Below, piece by piece: positions 8,780 through 19,714 of a DNA stretch of 64,000 nt. The translations under genes were made by a program, and so were the position numbers. This DNA comes from an uncultured Veillonellaceae bacterium (GTDB lineage Bacteria > Bacillota > Negativicutes > JARBTT01). The notes below the pieces were generated by a model that worked only from the letters and a program-made list of their open reading frames with translations, had not been told where the DNA came from and did no database searches. Every line of letters begins with the position of its first letter. Positions within the stretch are counted from its first letter, which is position 1. Where the stretch lies: NCBI GenBank assembly GCA_963805085.1, contig CAWDTA010000004.1, positions 32,001 to 96,000 on the forward strand, given 5' to 3'.

Positions 8780-9985
8780 TCAGGTGTGATATTCACCATT
8801 GATTTTCACGTATTCATAGGATAAATCACAAGTCCAAACCGTCGCTTTATCTTCACCTAAACCTAGGTTAATATTCACGGTAATATCATGTTCTTCCATG
8901 ATTGCTTTTAGCGCTTCTTCATCGTAAGCTGCGCCCATTCCTTTATCAAAGACAACAACATCATTTAATGACACAATTGTTTTTTCAGGAACCATTTGCG
9001 CGCCAGCATAACCAACTGCGCAGATAATTCTACCCCAATTTGCATCTTGACCAAAGAAAGCTGTTTTTACAAGTGGTGATTTGGCAACGCTCATTGCAAC
9101 TTTTTTTGCATCTTCAAAGCTCGTTGCCCCGGTTACATTCACTTCTAAAAATTTAGTTGCGCCTTCACCATCACGCGCAACCAATTGTGCAAGACCAACG
9201 CAAACTTTTTCTAGTGCTTTTACGAATTTTTCATATTCAGCATTTTCTTCAGTAATCATAGCATTTTCAGCCATGCCATTTGCAAGGACAAGCACCATAT
9301 CATTGGTACTGGTATCACCATCAACTGAAACCATATTGAAAGAAATGCCAACGCATTTTGAAAGTGCTTTTTGTAATAAATCATGGCTGATTGCTGCATC
9401 CGTCGTGATGAAGCAAAGCATCGTTGCCATATTCGGGTGAATCATTCCTGATCCTTTAGCAATACCACCAATACTTACTGTTTTTCCGCCAAGTTCAAAG
9501 CTAAATGAACCTGCTTTTTGATAAGTATCTGTCGTTACAATCGCTTTACTTGCAGCATCACTACCATTCTCATTAAGCGCCGCTACCGCCAATTTGATCC
9601 CAGCTTCAATTTTATTCATTGGTAAAGTTTGCCCAATGATTCCAGTAGAAGCAACAAATACATCGCCTGCATCGATGCCAAGTTCTTTCGCTGTCAAAGC
9701 TGCCATTGCCTTCGCATCTTTCATTCCTTGCTCACCAGTACAAGCATTGGCACAGCCAGCATTGACTACAATTGCATGAGCCGTTCCTTTTTTAACAACA
9801 TCTTTAGAAACGAAAACTGGTGCTGCAGCAACTAAATTTGTAGTAAATGTACCAGCAACCGTCGCTGCTTTTTCTGTAAAGATCACAGCCATATCATCTT
9901 TACCACTTTTTTTCACGCCAGCTTTAATACCGCTAGCTTTAAATCCTTTTGCAAGTGTAACACCTGCATTATTTTCTTTAAACAC
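8780..9985 (-). CDS. argJ: Bifunctional ornithine acetyltransferase/N-acetylglutamate synthase
   Basis: KGSGMIHPNMATML, DGDTSTND, DGEGATK motifs. Confidence 0.97.
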   Translation of the reverse strand: MFKENNAGVTLAKGFKASGIKAGVKKSGKDDMAVIFTEKAATVAGTFTTNLVAAAPVFVSKDVVKKGTAHAIVVNAGCANACTGEQGMKDAKAMAALTAKELGIDAGDVFVASTGIIGQTLPMNKIEAGIKLAVAALNENGSDAASKAIVTTDTYQKAGSFSFELGGKTVSIGGIAKGSGMIHPNMATMLCFITTDAAISHDLLQKALSKCVGISFNMVSVDGDTSTNDMVLVLANGMAENAMITEENAEYEKFVKALEKVCVGLAQLVARDGEGATKFLEVNVTGATSFEDAKKVAMSVAKSPLVKTAFFGQDANWGRIICAVGYAGAQMVPEKTIVSLNDVVVFDKGMGAAYDEEALKAIMEEHDITVNINLGLGEDKATVWTCDLSYEYVKINGEYHT

Positions 9986-10038
9986 GAGAATGCCCCCATT
10001 TATTTCAATTTATCTTCTATTTTATCGTTTTATAATCA

Positions 10039-11073
10039 TCAAGGATATACAGGTACATTGGTTAACCCTGTTGTTTCATCAAAACCACATACAATATTAA
10101 AGTTTTGGATGGCTTGCCCAGCTGCCCCTTTTACTAAGTTATCAATCGCGGAAAGTACCACAACCCGCCCAACGCGTTCATCAATATGCCAGCCAAGATC
10201 ACAGAAATTAGATCCCCGTGTATTTTTCGTTTGTGGATAGCCCCCTAGGCCAAGTAAACGAACAAAATATTCATCTTTGTAAAGCTCTTGATACGCAGCA
10301 TCGACAGTTTCTGCTGTTACACCTTTTTTCAAGTTTGCATAGCAAGTACTAAGAATCCCACGTGACATTGGAATCAAATGTGGCGTAAAACTAATTACTA
10401 CCTCTTCACCAGAGAACTCAGACAAGGCTTGTTCAATTTCTGGTGTATGGCGGTGTCCACCAACATTATAAGCTTTTAAGTTATCGTACATTTCTGCAAA
10501 ATGTGTATTTAAACTCGCACTACGACCAGCACCAGAAATGCCTGATTTTGCATCAACCACAACCGTATTCAACTCAATAAGACCTTTTTTAGCCAATGGT
10601 GCCAATGCTAAAATACTTGCTGTCGTATAACAGCCAGCATTGCCAACAATGGTCGCCGTTTTGATTTGATCACGATAAAGTTCTGCAAGTCCATACACTC
10701 TTTCTGCATCTTTATGAGTATGTTCTACCTTGTACCATTGTTCATAGACACTTGTATCAGTAAAGCGATAATCAGCACCTAAATCGATAATCTTTACATT
10801 TTTACCTGCTAAAGCTTTACCAACCGCCATCGCATGACCATGTGGCAGGCCGATAAAAACGACATCACTATCGCTCGCAATGGTATCGATTTCTTTCATA
10901 CTGATTAATTCTTGTTCATAAAGACCATTCAAATGTGTATATATCTCATTAATCGGCTTCCCTGTTTGGCTTTCCGATGTAATATGTACAACCTCTGCTT
11001 CTGGATGGTTTTTTAGTAATCGCAGCAATTCCACGCCTGCATATCCAGTTGCCCCAATAACACTAACCCTCAC
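10039..11073 (-). CDS. argC: N-acetyl-gamma-glutamyl-phosphate reductase
   Basis: GATGYAG, NAGCY, DNLVKGAAGQA motifs. Confidence 0.97.
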   Translation of the reverse strand: MRVSVIGATGYAGVELLRLLKNHPEAEVVHITSESQTGKPINEIYTHLNGLYEQELISMKEIDTIASDSDVVFIGLPHGHAMAVGKALAGKNVKIIDLGADYRFTDTSVYEQWYKVEHTHKDAERVYGLAELYRDQIKTATIVGNAGCYTTASILALAPLAKKGLIELNTVVVDAKSGISGAGRSASLNTHFAEMYDNLKAYNVGGHRHTPEIEQALSEFSGEEVVISFTPHLIPMSRGILSTCYANLKKGVTAETVDAAYQELYKDEYFVRLLGLGGYPQTKNTRGSNFCDLGWHIDERVGRVVVLSAIDNLVKGAAGQAIQNFNIVCGFDETTGLTNVPVYP

Positions 11074-11109
11074 GGTAATACCCCCTCATCAAAACAGCTA
11101 CTCTTAATA

Positions 11110-11150
11110 TGCTTATAATTATACATCAATTATGCATAAACTTGCAAGAG
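11110..11150 (-). promoter_or_regulatory. arg operon promoter with overlapping ARG-box-like sites
   Basis: Minus-strand TTGCAA-18-TATAAT; TGCATAAACTTGCA and TGTATAATTATAAG resemble ArgR/AhrC boxes. Confidence 0.6.
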
Positions 11151-11331
11151 TTTTTGTGTATGTTTATTATTTTTTTTATATTTACAAAAAAAAAAGACTA
11201 ATCCTATTAGAACTTCATTTAGTGTACGAAATAACTAAATGAAATATTCTACGGCATCGTCGCAATACCTTTTTATTATAGCATTTATTTCATGATTTGA
11301 CTATTGCTTTCTAAGGATATTATGTTGATTA

Positions 11332-11380
11332 AAAGAAACGGTAAAACGTCACTATGATAGCTACATTTTACCGTTTCTTT
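11332..11380 (-). terminator. Terminator after TonB receptor gene
   Basis: AAAGAAACGGTAAAA inverted repeat. Confidence 0.7.
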
Positions 11381-11429
11381 ATAAACTTATACAAAGTTTA
11401 TCATTATTTTACTTTTCTTAGAATACTTC

Positions 11430-13346
11430 TTATAATTTTGCTTCTACCCCAAACATGAAGTAACGGCCTGGCATAGCGTAAGCGCCTTTCCCAGCGGATG
11501 AGCTTAAGATTTCATAACCTTCATCAGTGAGGTTATAACCTTTGACATACGCTTTTAAGTCGTCATTGAAGTGATAATTTAGATTTAAATCAAGTGTTAT
11601 ATACGAGCTATCAGTATACGCAGCTGTGCTACGTCCAGTCACTTCTTGTGCTGTTAAACCGCCATCCCATTTATCTTGTTTGTAAGATACCCCAAGTTGA
11701 TAGCCATTAGGACGACTGTTATAGATATAGTTTGCATAGGCTTGATCAGCGTCTGCTTTTTCGATTCTCGAATAGGAATACCCTGCATTGATACTCCATT
11801 GGTCGGAAAGTTTACGTGTTGCAGTGAGTTCAAGACCACGGCGTTTTTCGCTGTTGACATTATAGTAAACAGTTTTTGAAATAGAAGTATCCCAAATCCA
11901 ATCCAAAGCATTGTTGACTTTACTTTGATAGATACTGGCTTGTACATTGGTTTTTTCATCAAGCTGTGAATTTACCCCTAGCGTTACCGTATTGGATTTT
12001 TCTTGTTTTAAGTTTGGATTGCCAAGCCAATATGGCGAATTTGCATAACGTTGTTTTAATGTCGGATTATTTACCGCTTGTCCCCAAGATAAATATGCAT
12101 TTGTTTTATCAGAAATTGCTTTATTGAAAGATATATGTGATGTCACGTCACCACCAAAATCACTATGATTTTCGTAGCGCGACCCCAAATTCATCGACCA
12201 GCCATCTTCAAACTGCCAATGATCCTCCGCATAAAGAGACTTTGTATTGGCAGTGCGATTAAACCCCACCCCATCATTTTCTTCATCAATTTTTTCATTG
12301 AGGTATTCAAAGCCGCCCACTAATGAATTTTTCTCATTTAATTGCCAGCCTTTTTGCATTTGTAAGCCCCAGTTTGTCAAATCGTGTTCATATGGTGTAC
12401 CAGCAAATGGGGAATCAGCTTTTTGACTGTTACGATATACTCTGACATAATCACCCGTGCCTGCTGTATCAGCCGCATCCCAAGTATAGGTCAGCGCCAT
12501 ATTTAAATCTGTTGTATTTATTTTCATTCCCGATCCATACACTTTACCGGCTTCTGGATCAGTTAAATAGTTACCAAAGCCATTATCTTGATGCGAACGT
12601 TCTAATTCAAAAGATAACGTATCTTCCCCCATTGATTTGTCTAAGCGCAAACTTTCATATTCCTTATCGTAACTGCTATCAGGAAATTCATTTTTTTTAC
12701 CACTTGCCGTTCTATAATCATAATTATCGCGTTTTTGTTTATCATACGTGAAACTATAACGTAAATCTTTGTCGCCGCCTTCGGTTGTCATCGCTGTCCG
12801 CCATGCCCCCCATGAGCCCGCTTCTGTCGTTACCGTAGTTGATTGGCCTTCTCCGGGTTTCTTGGTGATGATATTGATAACACCGGCAACGGCATCACTG
12901 CCATAAAGCGCCGTATTCGGACCACGTACGATTTCAATACGTTCAACATTTTTTACCGGAAAACCGTCGATATTCGTCGCATTGTCAGCACCAGAAACAG
13001 TTAAATGTGACCAATTCATCTTGCGGCCATTGACCAATACCAAAACACGACTATCTCCATTAATGACCGGATAAGATGCAAACCCCGTCACCGCTACATT
13101 GATATTATTATCACGTAATGCATCGGATATAGTACTATAGTTTCCCTTTTCTAGAGTGTCTTGATTGATAACAGTCACATCAGCTGCAACTTCATTTGCT
13201 TTTACTTTCATGCGATTTGCCGTAACGACATATTCATCTAATGTAAACTCTTCAGTATCTGCTGCATATACAACAGAACTAACCATTCCTATAGATAATG
13301 CACCACAAATCAAGCCTGCTACTATTGTTTGTTTTCTTTTTTTCAT
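11430..13346 (-). CDS. TonB-dependent outer-membrane receptor
   Basis: Signal peptide, TonB box DEYVVTA, plug motif ERIEIVRGPNTALYGSDAVAGVINIITK, C-terminal PGRYFMFGVEAKL. Confidence 0.92.
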   Translation of the reverse strand: MKKRKQTIVAGLICGALSIGMVSSVVYAADTEEFTLDEYVVTANRMKVKANEVAADVTVINQDTLEKGNYSTISDALRDNNINVAVTGFASYPVINGDSRVLVLVNGRKMNWSHLTVSGADNATNIDGFPVKNVERIEIVRGPNTALYGSDAVAGVINIITKKPGEGQSTTVTTEAGSWGAWRTAMTTEGGDKDLRYSFTYDKQKRDNYDYRTASGKKNEFPDSSYDKEYESLRLDKSMGEDTLSFELERSHQDNGFGNYLTDPEAGKVYGSGMKINTTDLNMALTYTWDAADTAGTGDYVRVYRNSQKADSPFAGTPYEHDLTNWGLQMQKGWQLNEKNSLVGGFEYLNEKIDEENDGVGFNRTANTKSLYAEDHWQFEDGWSMNLGSRYENHSDFGGDVTSHISFNKAISDKTNAYLSWGQAVNNPTLKQRYANSPYWLGNPNLKQEKSNTVTLGVNSQLDEKTNVQASIYQSKVNNALDWIWDTSISKTVYYNVNSEKRRGLELTATRKLSDQWSINAGYSYSRIEKADADQAYANYIYNSRPNGYQLGVSYKQDKWDGGLTAQEVTGRSTAAYTDSSYITLDLNLNYHFNDDLKAYVKGYNLTDEGYEILSSSAGKGAYAMPGRYFMFGVEAKL

Positions 13347-13367
13347 TTTTACCCCTTTTATGCTATT

Positions 13368-14381
13368 TTATAAAAATTTATCTGGATATAACCCCTGTGC
13401 AATTTTTTTCATTGCTTCTATCACACGTTCATTACAATTATTTACATCATTAAATGGAACATTAATAATCCTGCCTCCCGTCACGGCTTTCATCGATTGA
13501 AACTCAGGATTGCCTTGCAATTTTTCCTTAGCCTCTGCATCACTAAGATTTTTCCCCGGTTCCAAACTATATGAAACATAGATTACATAATCTGGATCAT
13601 AGCCTAAAACACGCTCTGGGCCAACAAACGAGGTTTGTTCTTGCACCAGATTTTCTCCACCAGCTTTTTGCACAATATCATCAATGATAAAACGATTGCC
13701 ATATAGTGAATATGTACTTTTTCCATGCTCTTGTAATATGATGACTTTTTTGCGTTTTTCCACTGTATCGGTCTTTTGACGTATTATAGTGACTTCGCTA
13801 CGGCACATATCAATATAAGCTTGCGCCCTTTTTTCAATTCCAAATATTTTTCCGATATCTGCAATGAATGGATATACCGAATTTTCAATAGTCGGCTGTG
13901 TATGCTGCAATGTACCTGGTACGATGTAAGTACCGATGTGACGGTCTTGCCAATTATGCACTTCCCCCATTTCACCCGCACTGAAATTATGTGCCCAGCC
14001 AATGATAAAATCTGGCTGCATCGCAAATATTTCTTCCTGCGAAGGAATGAACGCCGCCTGTAAAATTGATAGTTCATCATAACGTTTACCAAGTTCCTCT
14101 GGTGGCGCACCATAAGGCGCCACTGTCGCCATGATGTTTGCATCTAACCCCAGTGAAAGCAATAGTTCTGTCGCCCCAGGATAGGTACTCAAAACTTTCT
14201 GTGGCGGTCTTTGATAGGTATAACTAGCTTCTCTACCTTCACTGTCGTAATTATTTACGACAATGGGGTATCCAGGTACACTATTTTCTAAATTTACAAC
14301 AACTTCTTTTGTACAACCTGTATGCAGAAGTAAAGCAGCAATACAAAGCACCATGAGAATGCCATGCATCTTAGCCTGCAT
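13368..14381 (-). CDS. Iron-complex/cobalamin-type ABC substrate-binding lipoprotein
   Basis: Lipobox HTGC, PQKVLS..TELLLSLG pattern, operon context. Confidence 0.85.
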   Translation of the reverse strand: MQAKMHGILMVLCIAALLLHTGCTKEVVVNLENSVPGYPIVVNNYDSEGREASYTYQRPPQKVLSTYPGATELLLSLGLDANIMATVAPYGAPPEELGKRYDELSILQAAFIPSQEEIFAMQPDFIIGWAHNFSAGEMGEVHNWQDRHIGTYIVPGTLQHTQPTIENSVYPFIADIGKIFGIEKRAQAYIDMCRSEVTIIRQKTDTVEKRKKVIILQEHGKSTYSLYGNRFIIDDIVQKAGGENLVQEQTSFVGPERVLGYDPDYVIYVSYSLEPGKNLSDAEAKEKLQGNPEFQSMKAVTGGRIINVPFNDVNNCNERVIEAMKKIAQGLYPDKFL

Positions 14382-15171
14382 CTTTACACCTCATACCATG
14401 TAATGGCAAGAGTGGATGATACACAATGGAAAGAGCGCCAGTTTGCTCATCCAAATTCACGTCACAATCAATCTCATAGATATCACGAATTCTTTCTTTA
14501 GTAAGTACTTCTCGTGGTGTTCCGGAAGCGACAAGGCAACCATTTTTCAACACGTATAGCTTCGTGCAATACATTGCTGCCAAATTCAAATCATGCAGCG
14601 CTGCAAGCGCACCAATTCCCAAGGATTTTACAATTGATAAGAGCTGTAATTGATATTTGATATCAAGATGATTGGTTGGTTCATCTAGTACCAAAAATTG
14701 TGGCTGCTGCGATAACGCCCGTGCTAAAATTATTCTTTGCTTTTCTCCACCGGAAAGAGTCACAAATTGACGATTGACCGCCTCTTGCATACCAACTTGC
14801 GTTAAAGCTTGCAGCGCAATCTTATAATCTTCCTGCGTATCAGCATTAAAAATCTTTTTATGTGGCATACGCCCCATAAGTACCATTTCCATTACAGTAA
14901 AATCAAAATTTACTGTATTAAACTGCCCGACAACTCCCATCTGCCTTGCAGAAGTATGTAGCGAAATATTTTGCATATTTTCTCCACCAAACATAATTGT
15001 TCCGTTGCTTGGCTTTAGTATACGATATACGGTTTTTAGTAAAGTTGATTTACCGCCACCATTTGGACCGATAATTCCTACAAACTCCCCCTTTCCAACA
15101 GATAACGATATACTTTTTATAATTTTTTTCTTTTCAACAGTTACTTCTAGATTCTGTAACGTTAAATTCAT
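14371..15171 (-). CDS. Iron-complex ABC transporter ATPase
   Basis: GPNGGGKST, LSGGEKQR, LDEPTNHLD. Confidence 0.92.
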   Translation of the reverse strand: MNLTLQNLEVTVEKKKIIKSISLSVGKGEFVGIIGPNGGGKSTLLKTVYRILKPSNGTIMFGGENMQNISLHTSARQMGVVGQFNTVNFDFTVMEMVLMGRMPHKKIFNADTQEDYKIALQALTQVGMQEAVNRQFVTLSGGEKQRIILARALSQQPQFLVLDEPTNHLDIKYQLQLLSIVKSLGIGALAALHDLNLAAMYCTKLYVLKNGCLVASGTPREVLTKERIRDIYEIDCDVNLDEQTGALSIVYHPLLPLHGMRCKDAG

Positions 15172-15181
15172 AGTTTCACCT

Positions 15182-16261
15182 CTAGTTCCTACCAAAATTA
15201 AATGAGCGCCTAAATAAAAGCCACATAAAAAATGGTGCACCAATCAATGCCGTAATAATACCGATTGGCAAATCTCCACTTCTTAGCAATATTCGTGATA
15301 GGACATCCGCCCAAATTAAAAAAATCGCTCCAACCAATAATACTCCCGGCATAAGCCGACGATGATCCGCACCTACGATTGAACGAACCGCATGTGGTAT
15401 AACTAGTCCAACGAAGCCGAAAATTCCGCAACTTGCGACAATCATGCCCGTCAGTAGTGCCATTATTATCATATATATCCGACGCTCTCTTACAATATTG
15501 ATGCCTAAAGTAATCGCTGCTTCTTCTCCCAATAAAAGGACATTGAGCCTTCGGAACCGCAAAAGAAAAAAAATGGCCGCTATGCTAACACCAATCGATG
15601 GAAGTAACAACGTATCCCATTTTGCGCCTGCCAGCGACCCCATTGTCCAAAATGCCACACTACGCATTCCCTCAGCATTATTGGCAATATAAATCAAGAA
15701 ATTGGCTGCCGCCCCAAACAGTGCACTGATTACAGCTCCAGCCAGTACCATTTTCATCGTTGACATCTGTCCGCCCATGCCTGCCAAAAACATGACCGCA
15801 ATCGTTGCCAAAATTGCTCCAGCAAAAGCCCATACAGTTATTCCAAAACCTAACAATACCTTGGAACCCCCCAGGATAATAGCAAAGATTGCCCCAAGTG
15901 ATGCCCCTGAAGCAATCCCGAGAATATATGGTTCAGCTAAAGGGTTTTGCACCGAAGCCTGCATTACAGTCCCACACATTGCAAGGCCAGCACCCACAAC
16001 TGCGGCCATCAAAATTCTTGGCATCCGTAGTTGCCAAATAATATCTGCATGTGCCATCGAGATTCCATCCAGCGGCAAACCAATTATCTTATGCAAAATA
16101 ATCTGATAAACGGCTGCTGCTTCAATCTTCACTGACCCCAAGCAAACTGCCAATAATATTGAAGCAACGAGACCTACCGTCAGACATCCTCCAATCATCC
16201 AAAATCGGCGTTCTTTTTTCAACACTTCTTTTGGTATCCCCATTGTACTTGATTGCATCAT
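15182..16261 (-). CDS. FecCD-family ABC permease
   Basis: LRMPR, NPLAEPYILG, GFVGLVIPH motifs. Confidence 0.92.
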   Translation of the reverse strand: MMQSSTMGIPKEVLKKERRFWMIGGCLTVGLVASILLAVCLGSVKIEAAAVYQIILHKIIGLPLDGISMAHADIIWQLRMPRILMAAVVGAGLAMCGTVMQASVQNPLAEPYILGIASGASLGAIFAIILGGSKVLLGFGITVWAFAGAILATIAVMFLAGMGGQMSTMKMVLAGAVISALFGAAANFLIYIANNAEGMRSVAFWTMGSLAGAKWDTLLLPSIGVSIAAIFFLLRFRRLNVLLLGEEAAITLGINIVRERRIYMIIMALLTGMIVASCGIFGFVGLVIPHAVRSIVGADHRRLMPGVLLVGAIFLIWADVLSRILLRSGDLPIGIITALIGAPFFMWLLFRRSFNFGRN

Positions 16262-16302
16262 ATATCGTTGCACCCTACTTTCTATCAATTATGTCTTACT
16301 AT

Positions 16303-16335
16303 AATTGATAATGATAATTAATTTCATTATCAATT
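16303..16335. promoter_or_regulatory. Fur box
   Basis: AATTGATAATGATAATTAATTTCATTATCAATT, close to GATAATGATAATCATTATC, upstream of the uptake operon. Confidence 0.8.
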
Positions 16336-16575
16336 AACGATTATAGTACAACATATACATAGTGTCAATAAATATTTTTTATTAATTACTAGCGCATTAT
16401 TGATAATGAATCACAAAATAAAAAAACTATGCAAATAGACTTATATTCTATCTTACATAGCTGTTAAGCAACAAAATAGCTCTTGATAAGCAATTTGCAG
16501 TTTTCATCAACTGAAAATAATATCCGCAATTCTAGGGACTAAAATAGTTCTATATTTTATAAATTATGCAAAATA

Positions 16576-17289
16576 TCATGATTTAATATCTTTAAAATAA
16601 TAAGCCACCCCCTTGGTAATTTGCATTGCCATCCGTTCCTGATATTCTGAGTCTGAAAGTAATCTAGCTTCATTTTTATTACTTAAGTAACCAGTCTCGA
16701 CAAGTACACCAGGTTTTTCTGTTGAATTCAATAGCAAGATTTGCAAATCTTGCTTTGCTTGCCTTTTATTATTCGGCGGGAATTTTTTTAGAAGGTCTTG
16801 CATGATCTCCGCAATAAACTTATTTGCCTGATTTTGGGGATTATAAAACACTTGTGAACCATACCACTGTGACTCTCTAACCGCATTACAATGAATACTA
16901 ACAAAAACTTCTGCATTCGACTGATCAATGAGCTCTACACGTTTTAATAAATCACTGCGTTTGCCGCCTTTACCTTTGATATAATAATCAGAATCATCTT
17001 CCCTGGTATATAACACCGTGGCGCCGTAAGCACTCAAGCATTGACCAAGCTTTTTACTAAACGCAAGATTAATATCTTTCTCCAATAAGTTATTGTACCG
17101 CGCCCCGCTATCAATACCCCCATGCCCCGGATCAATAATGATGGTATGCCCATTTAATACGGTGAGATCAACACTCTCTATATCGGCATTCACCAAATAG
17201 CGAAATGTTAACATATTGATCACCAATATCGCTAGACTAAAGAGTATCACTCGTTTTATCATGAGTTGTGAAAGAAAATAAGTATGCAT
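16576..17289 (-). CDS. N-acetylmuramoyl-L-alanine amidase (Amidase_3, CwlD-like)
   Basis: IIDPGHGG, EKDINL, SIHCNA, LVETGYLSN motifs; N-terminal membrane anchor. Confidence 0.88.
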   Translation of the reverse strand: MHTYFLSQLMIKRVILFSLAILVINMLTFRYLVNADIESVDLTVLNGHTIIIDPGHGGIDSGARYNNLLEKDINLAFSKKLGQCLSAYGATVLYTREDDSDYYIKGKGGKRSDLLKRVELIDQSNAEVFVSIHCNAVRESQWYGSQVFYNPQNQANKFIAEIMQDLLKKFPPNNKRQAKQDLQILLLNSTEKPGVLVETGYLSNKNEARLLSDSEYQERMAMQITKGVAYYFKDIKS

Positions 17290-17514
17290 ACTCTCTCTCC
17301 TTATCTAAACAAAGATTCCCTCTATCTTATGCCCACAGTAAAATAACTATGTTGTTTTACTTTGCATTTTCCGGGGTAGACTATATAATAAAGAGAACTT
17401 CTTGTTTTAATAGAGACTGTTACTAGCATTTGAGCATCTTGTAACTGCCTCTTGAATTTTAAGGTTGTGTGCTTTTTGAAACACACTCCAATACTGTAAT
17501 AATCGGAGGATTCC

Positions 17515-18309
17515 ATGAGTATATCACGTTTTTTCTTTTTCACACTCGTCTTGTTTTTTGTCTGTTTTTGGTGGGCTGGCGGTAATACGGTTGCCGATAA
17601 TGCAACGGCTAGAATCAGCGAAACATTGAAAGATAAAGTTAATCTTACAGAGCAAATTCCTAATCAAACTGAAGGGAACTCAGCGTTTGATAGAATTTAT
17701 CGCATCATTGCTTTAAAATCTGCAGTAAATAATAAACTACATACAAAAAACTATACGAAGTTATCTAACATAAGCACCAATCTCCAACAATCAATCATTG
17801 CTGTTGAGGATTCACGTTTCTATGAACATAGCGGCTTTGATGTTTCAGGTATTTTAAGAGCAAGTTTAGTAAATTTACAATACGGTCATATCGAAGAAGG
17901 GGCTAGCACGATTACCCAGCAACTTGTTAAAAATTTATTTTTATCACAAGAACGCTCAATGACTCGTAAAGCGGAAGAAGTCATCTTAGCCATTGACATG
18001 GAAGCAAACTATTCCAAAGAACAAATATTAGAGCTTTATCTCAATACCATTTATTTTGGTTCTGGTTATTACGGCATCAGTGACGCTGCTGCGGGCTATT
18101 TTGGAAAACTCCCAAGTGAACTTTCTCTTGCCGAAGCTTCTATGCTCGCCGGACTGCCAAATGCACCTTCCCTTTATTCTCCCTACGTAGATTTTAAAGC
18201 TGCCAAAGCTAGACAAGCTATCGTCCTTAGTACTATGGTCAAAAATGGCTATATCAATCCATCGCTTGCTGAAGAAACAAAAACAACGCCAGTCTGGCTC
18301 GTTAAATAA
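17515..18309 (+). CDS. Monofunctional peptidoglycan glycosyltransferase (GT51)
   Basis: EDSRFYEHSG, GASTITQQLVKN, RKAEE, YLN motifs; no transpeptidase domain. Confidence 0.9.
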   Translation: MSISRFFFFTLVLFFVCFWWAGGNTVADNATARISETLKDKVNLTEQIPNQTEGNSAFDRIYRIIALKSAVNNKLHTKNYTKLSNISTNLQQSIIAVEDSRFYEHSGFDVSGILRASLVNLQYGHIEEGASTITQQLVKNLFLSQERSMTRKAEEVILAIDMEANYSKEQILELYLNTIYFGSGYYGISDAAAGYFGKLPSELSLAEASMLAGLPNAPSLYSPYVDFKAAKARQAIVLSTMVKNGYINPSLAEETKTTPVWLVK

Positions 18310-18353
18310 AAAATCACTAGAAGATGAACCTTTCATTTTCTAGTGATTTTTTT
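18308..18353. terminator. Bidirectional terminator
   Basis: AAAAAATCACTAGAA inverted repeat between convergent genes. Confidence 0.8.
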
Positions 18354-18366
18354 ATCGTTTTTAGTT

Positions 18367-19626
18367 TTATGTCCGTGAGCGAAATGAAACAGCCGTCGTT
18401 AAGTCATCAATAAACGTCATCCCATTATAACGTTTTAATATTAAATCACTCACAACCACTTGCATGACTGGTACTTTTTCATGGGAGCCATCAGCAAAAT
18501 GCTCGGTATAACTTCCCAAGGAATGGAGTACATAAGGCGTATGATTTACTTCACCTAAATAAATCATCACATGACCATTCATATGCAGTGTATCCCCCGG
18601 TTGTAACTCTGAGATGCACTGATACCGCTCTTTTCTTGTCAAACCATGCATCGTATAGTGAATGCCTGCCGCCCTCTCTTGTTGACCAGAATTACACGGT
18701 AAATCGATCCCGACACTGCGATAAACTGCATTGACTAGACTAGAGCAATCCACGCTATTATGTAAGCCACCCCACCCATAAGGTTCATCTAAAAAGCGAA
18801 AGCACTGCGCAATTAAATGATTTCGCGTATATAACAAATAGCCTTTATGAAGCGATTCTGACGCAGGGATAGCTACTACGACTTCTTCTAATTCGCCATT
18901 TGCCTTACGTGTTGGTACAACCACCTTAACCTGATCATTGGCGATGCACTTAATCAAGATTTTACTTCCCATCTGATAAAGTACTTCCTCACCTTGGATC
19001 ATGAAACGAAAATTTTTATCTATAACCACAAAAAACCATTCTGGTTTAATATATCGTAACCAAGTAATCCGTTCTTTTATTATCGCGATATCTTTTGCAG
19101 CCACCCAGCCATATGCATTGTAGGTTTGAACAAAATAAAAATCGTTGCCCAAGCTTTGATGCAATAGGATAACTGACTCAGCTGGATCAATAGCGGTTTC
19201 TTGCAGATTATCAAATTCCGTATCCTCCGCCGAAGAATATAAAGCATCGTTTGTTGGTAATACCCGTAGGTTAGCCCGTCTAACCGTAACCCCATACTTC
19301 AGCTTTTGTATACCATGCAAGACATTAAAATTGCACTTATCCAGTAAAGTTTTTTTAAATTCATCCGTAACCAGCAGTCCCTGATGATAGAAATGCTCTG
19401 CTAAAATAGTACCATTGCTATTTAATAATAGGGTAATCATCGCTGCTTCTTGCGTCATTGGATATTTTTTCAGATCCTGCATTGCTGCTGATTTTTTTAC
19501 GATCTGTTGGTTGAATTGTTTAATTTCTTGACTTTGCAAGATAACCTTATCCCCATCATCTAATTGCTCCTGCCAAAAGATGGCACTCCTTAACGCAGGA
19601 TCATTTGTTATCCCAATCGTCTTCAC
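18367..19626 (-). CDS. SH3-domain NlpC/P60 (C40) peptidase
   Basis: PYGWGG..DCSS catalytic Cys motif, GHVMIYLG. Confidence 0.85.
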   Translation of the reverse strand: MKTIGITNDPALRSAIFWQEQLDDGDKVILQSQEIKQFNQQIVKKSAAMQDLKKYPMTQEAAMITLLLNSNGTILAEHFYHQGLLVTDEFKKTLLDKCNFNVLHGIQKLKYGVTVRRANLRVLPTNDALYSSAEDTEFDNLQETAIDPAESVILLHQSLGNDFYFVQTYNAYGWVAAKDIAIIKERITWLRYIKPEWFFVVIDKNFRFMIQGEEVLYQMGSKILIKCIANDQVKVVVPTRKANGELEEVVVAIPASESLHKGYLLYTRNHLIAQCFRFLDEPYGWGGLHNSVDCSSLVNAVYRSVGIDLPCNSGQQERAAGIHYTMHGLTRKERYQCISELQPGDTLHMNGHVMIYLGEVNHTPYVLHSLGSYTEHFADGSHEKVPVMQVVVSDLILKRYNGMTFIDDLTTAVSFRSRT

Positions 19627-19714
19627 CTCGCCTATTTCGCTTAAGGATATTTACTACCTATATTGATTAGTCTATGAACGAACCCGTGAAATAGACGCTA
19701 GCGTACTATCTATT

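Noticed and set aside
11205-11250. TTCATTTAGT inverted repeat upstream of argC as a T-box or attenuator
   Set aside because: It lies upstream of the predicted promoter and no T-box consensus is visible.
17322-17543. 73-aa ORF upstream of the amidase (also 49824-50021, 51841-52041, 61722-61910)
   Set aside because: Short ORFs in AT-rich spacers or overlapping real genes, with no RBS or motif support.
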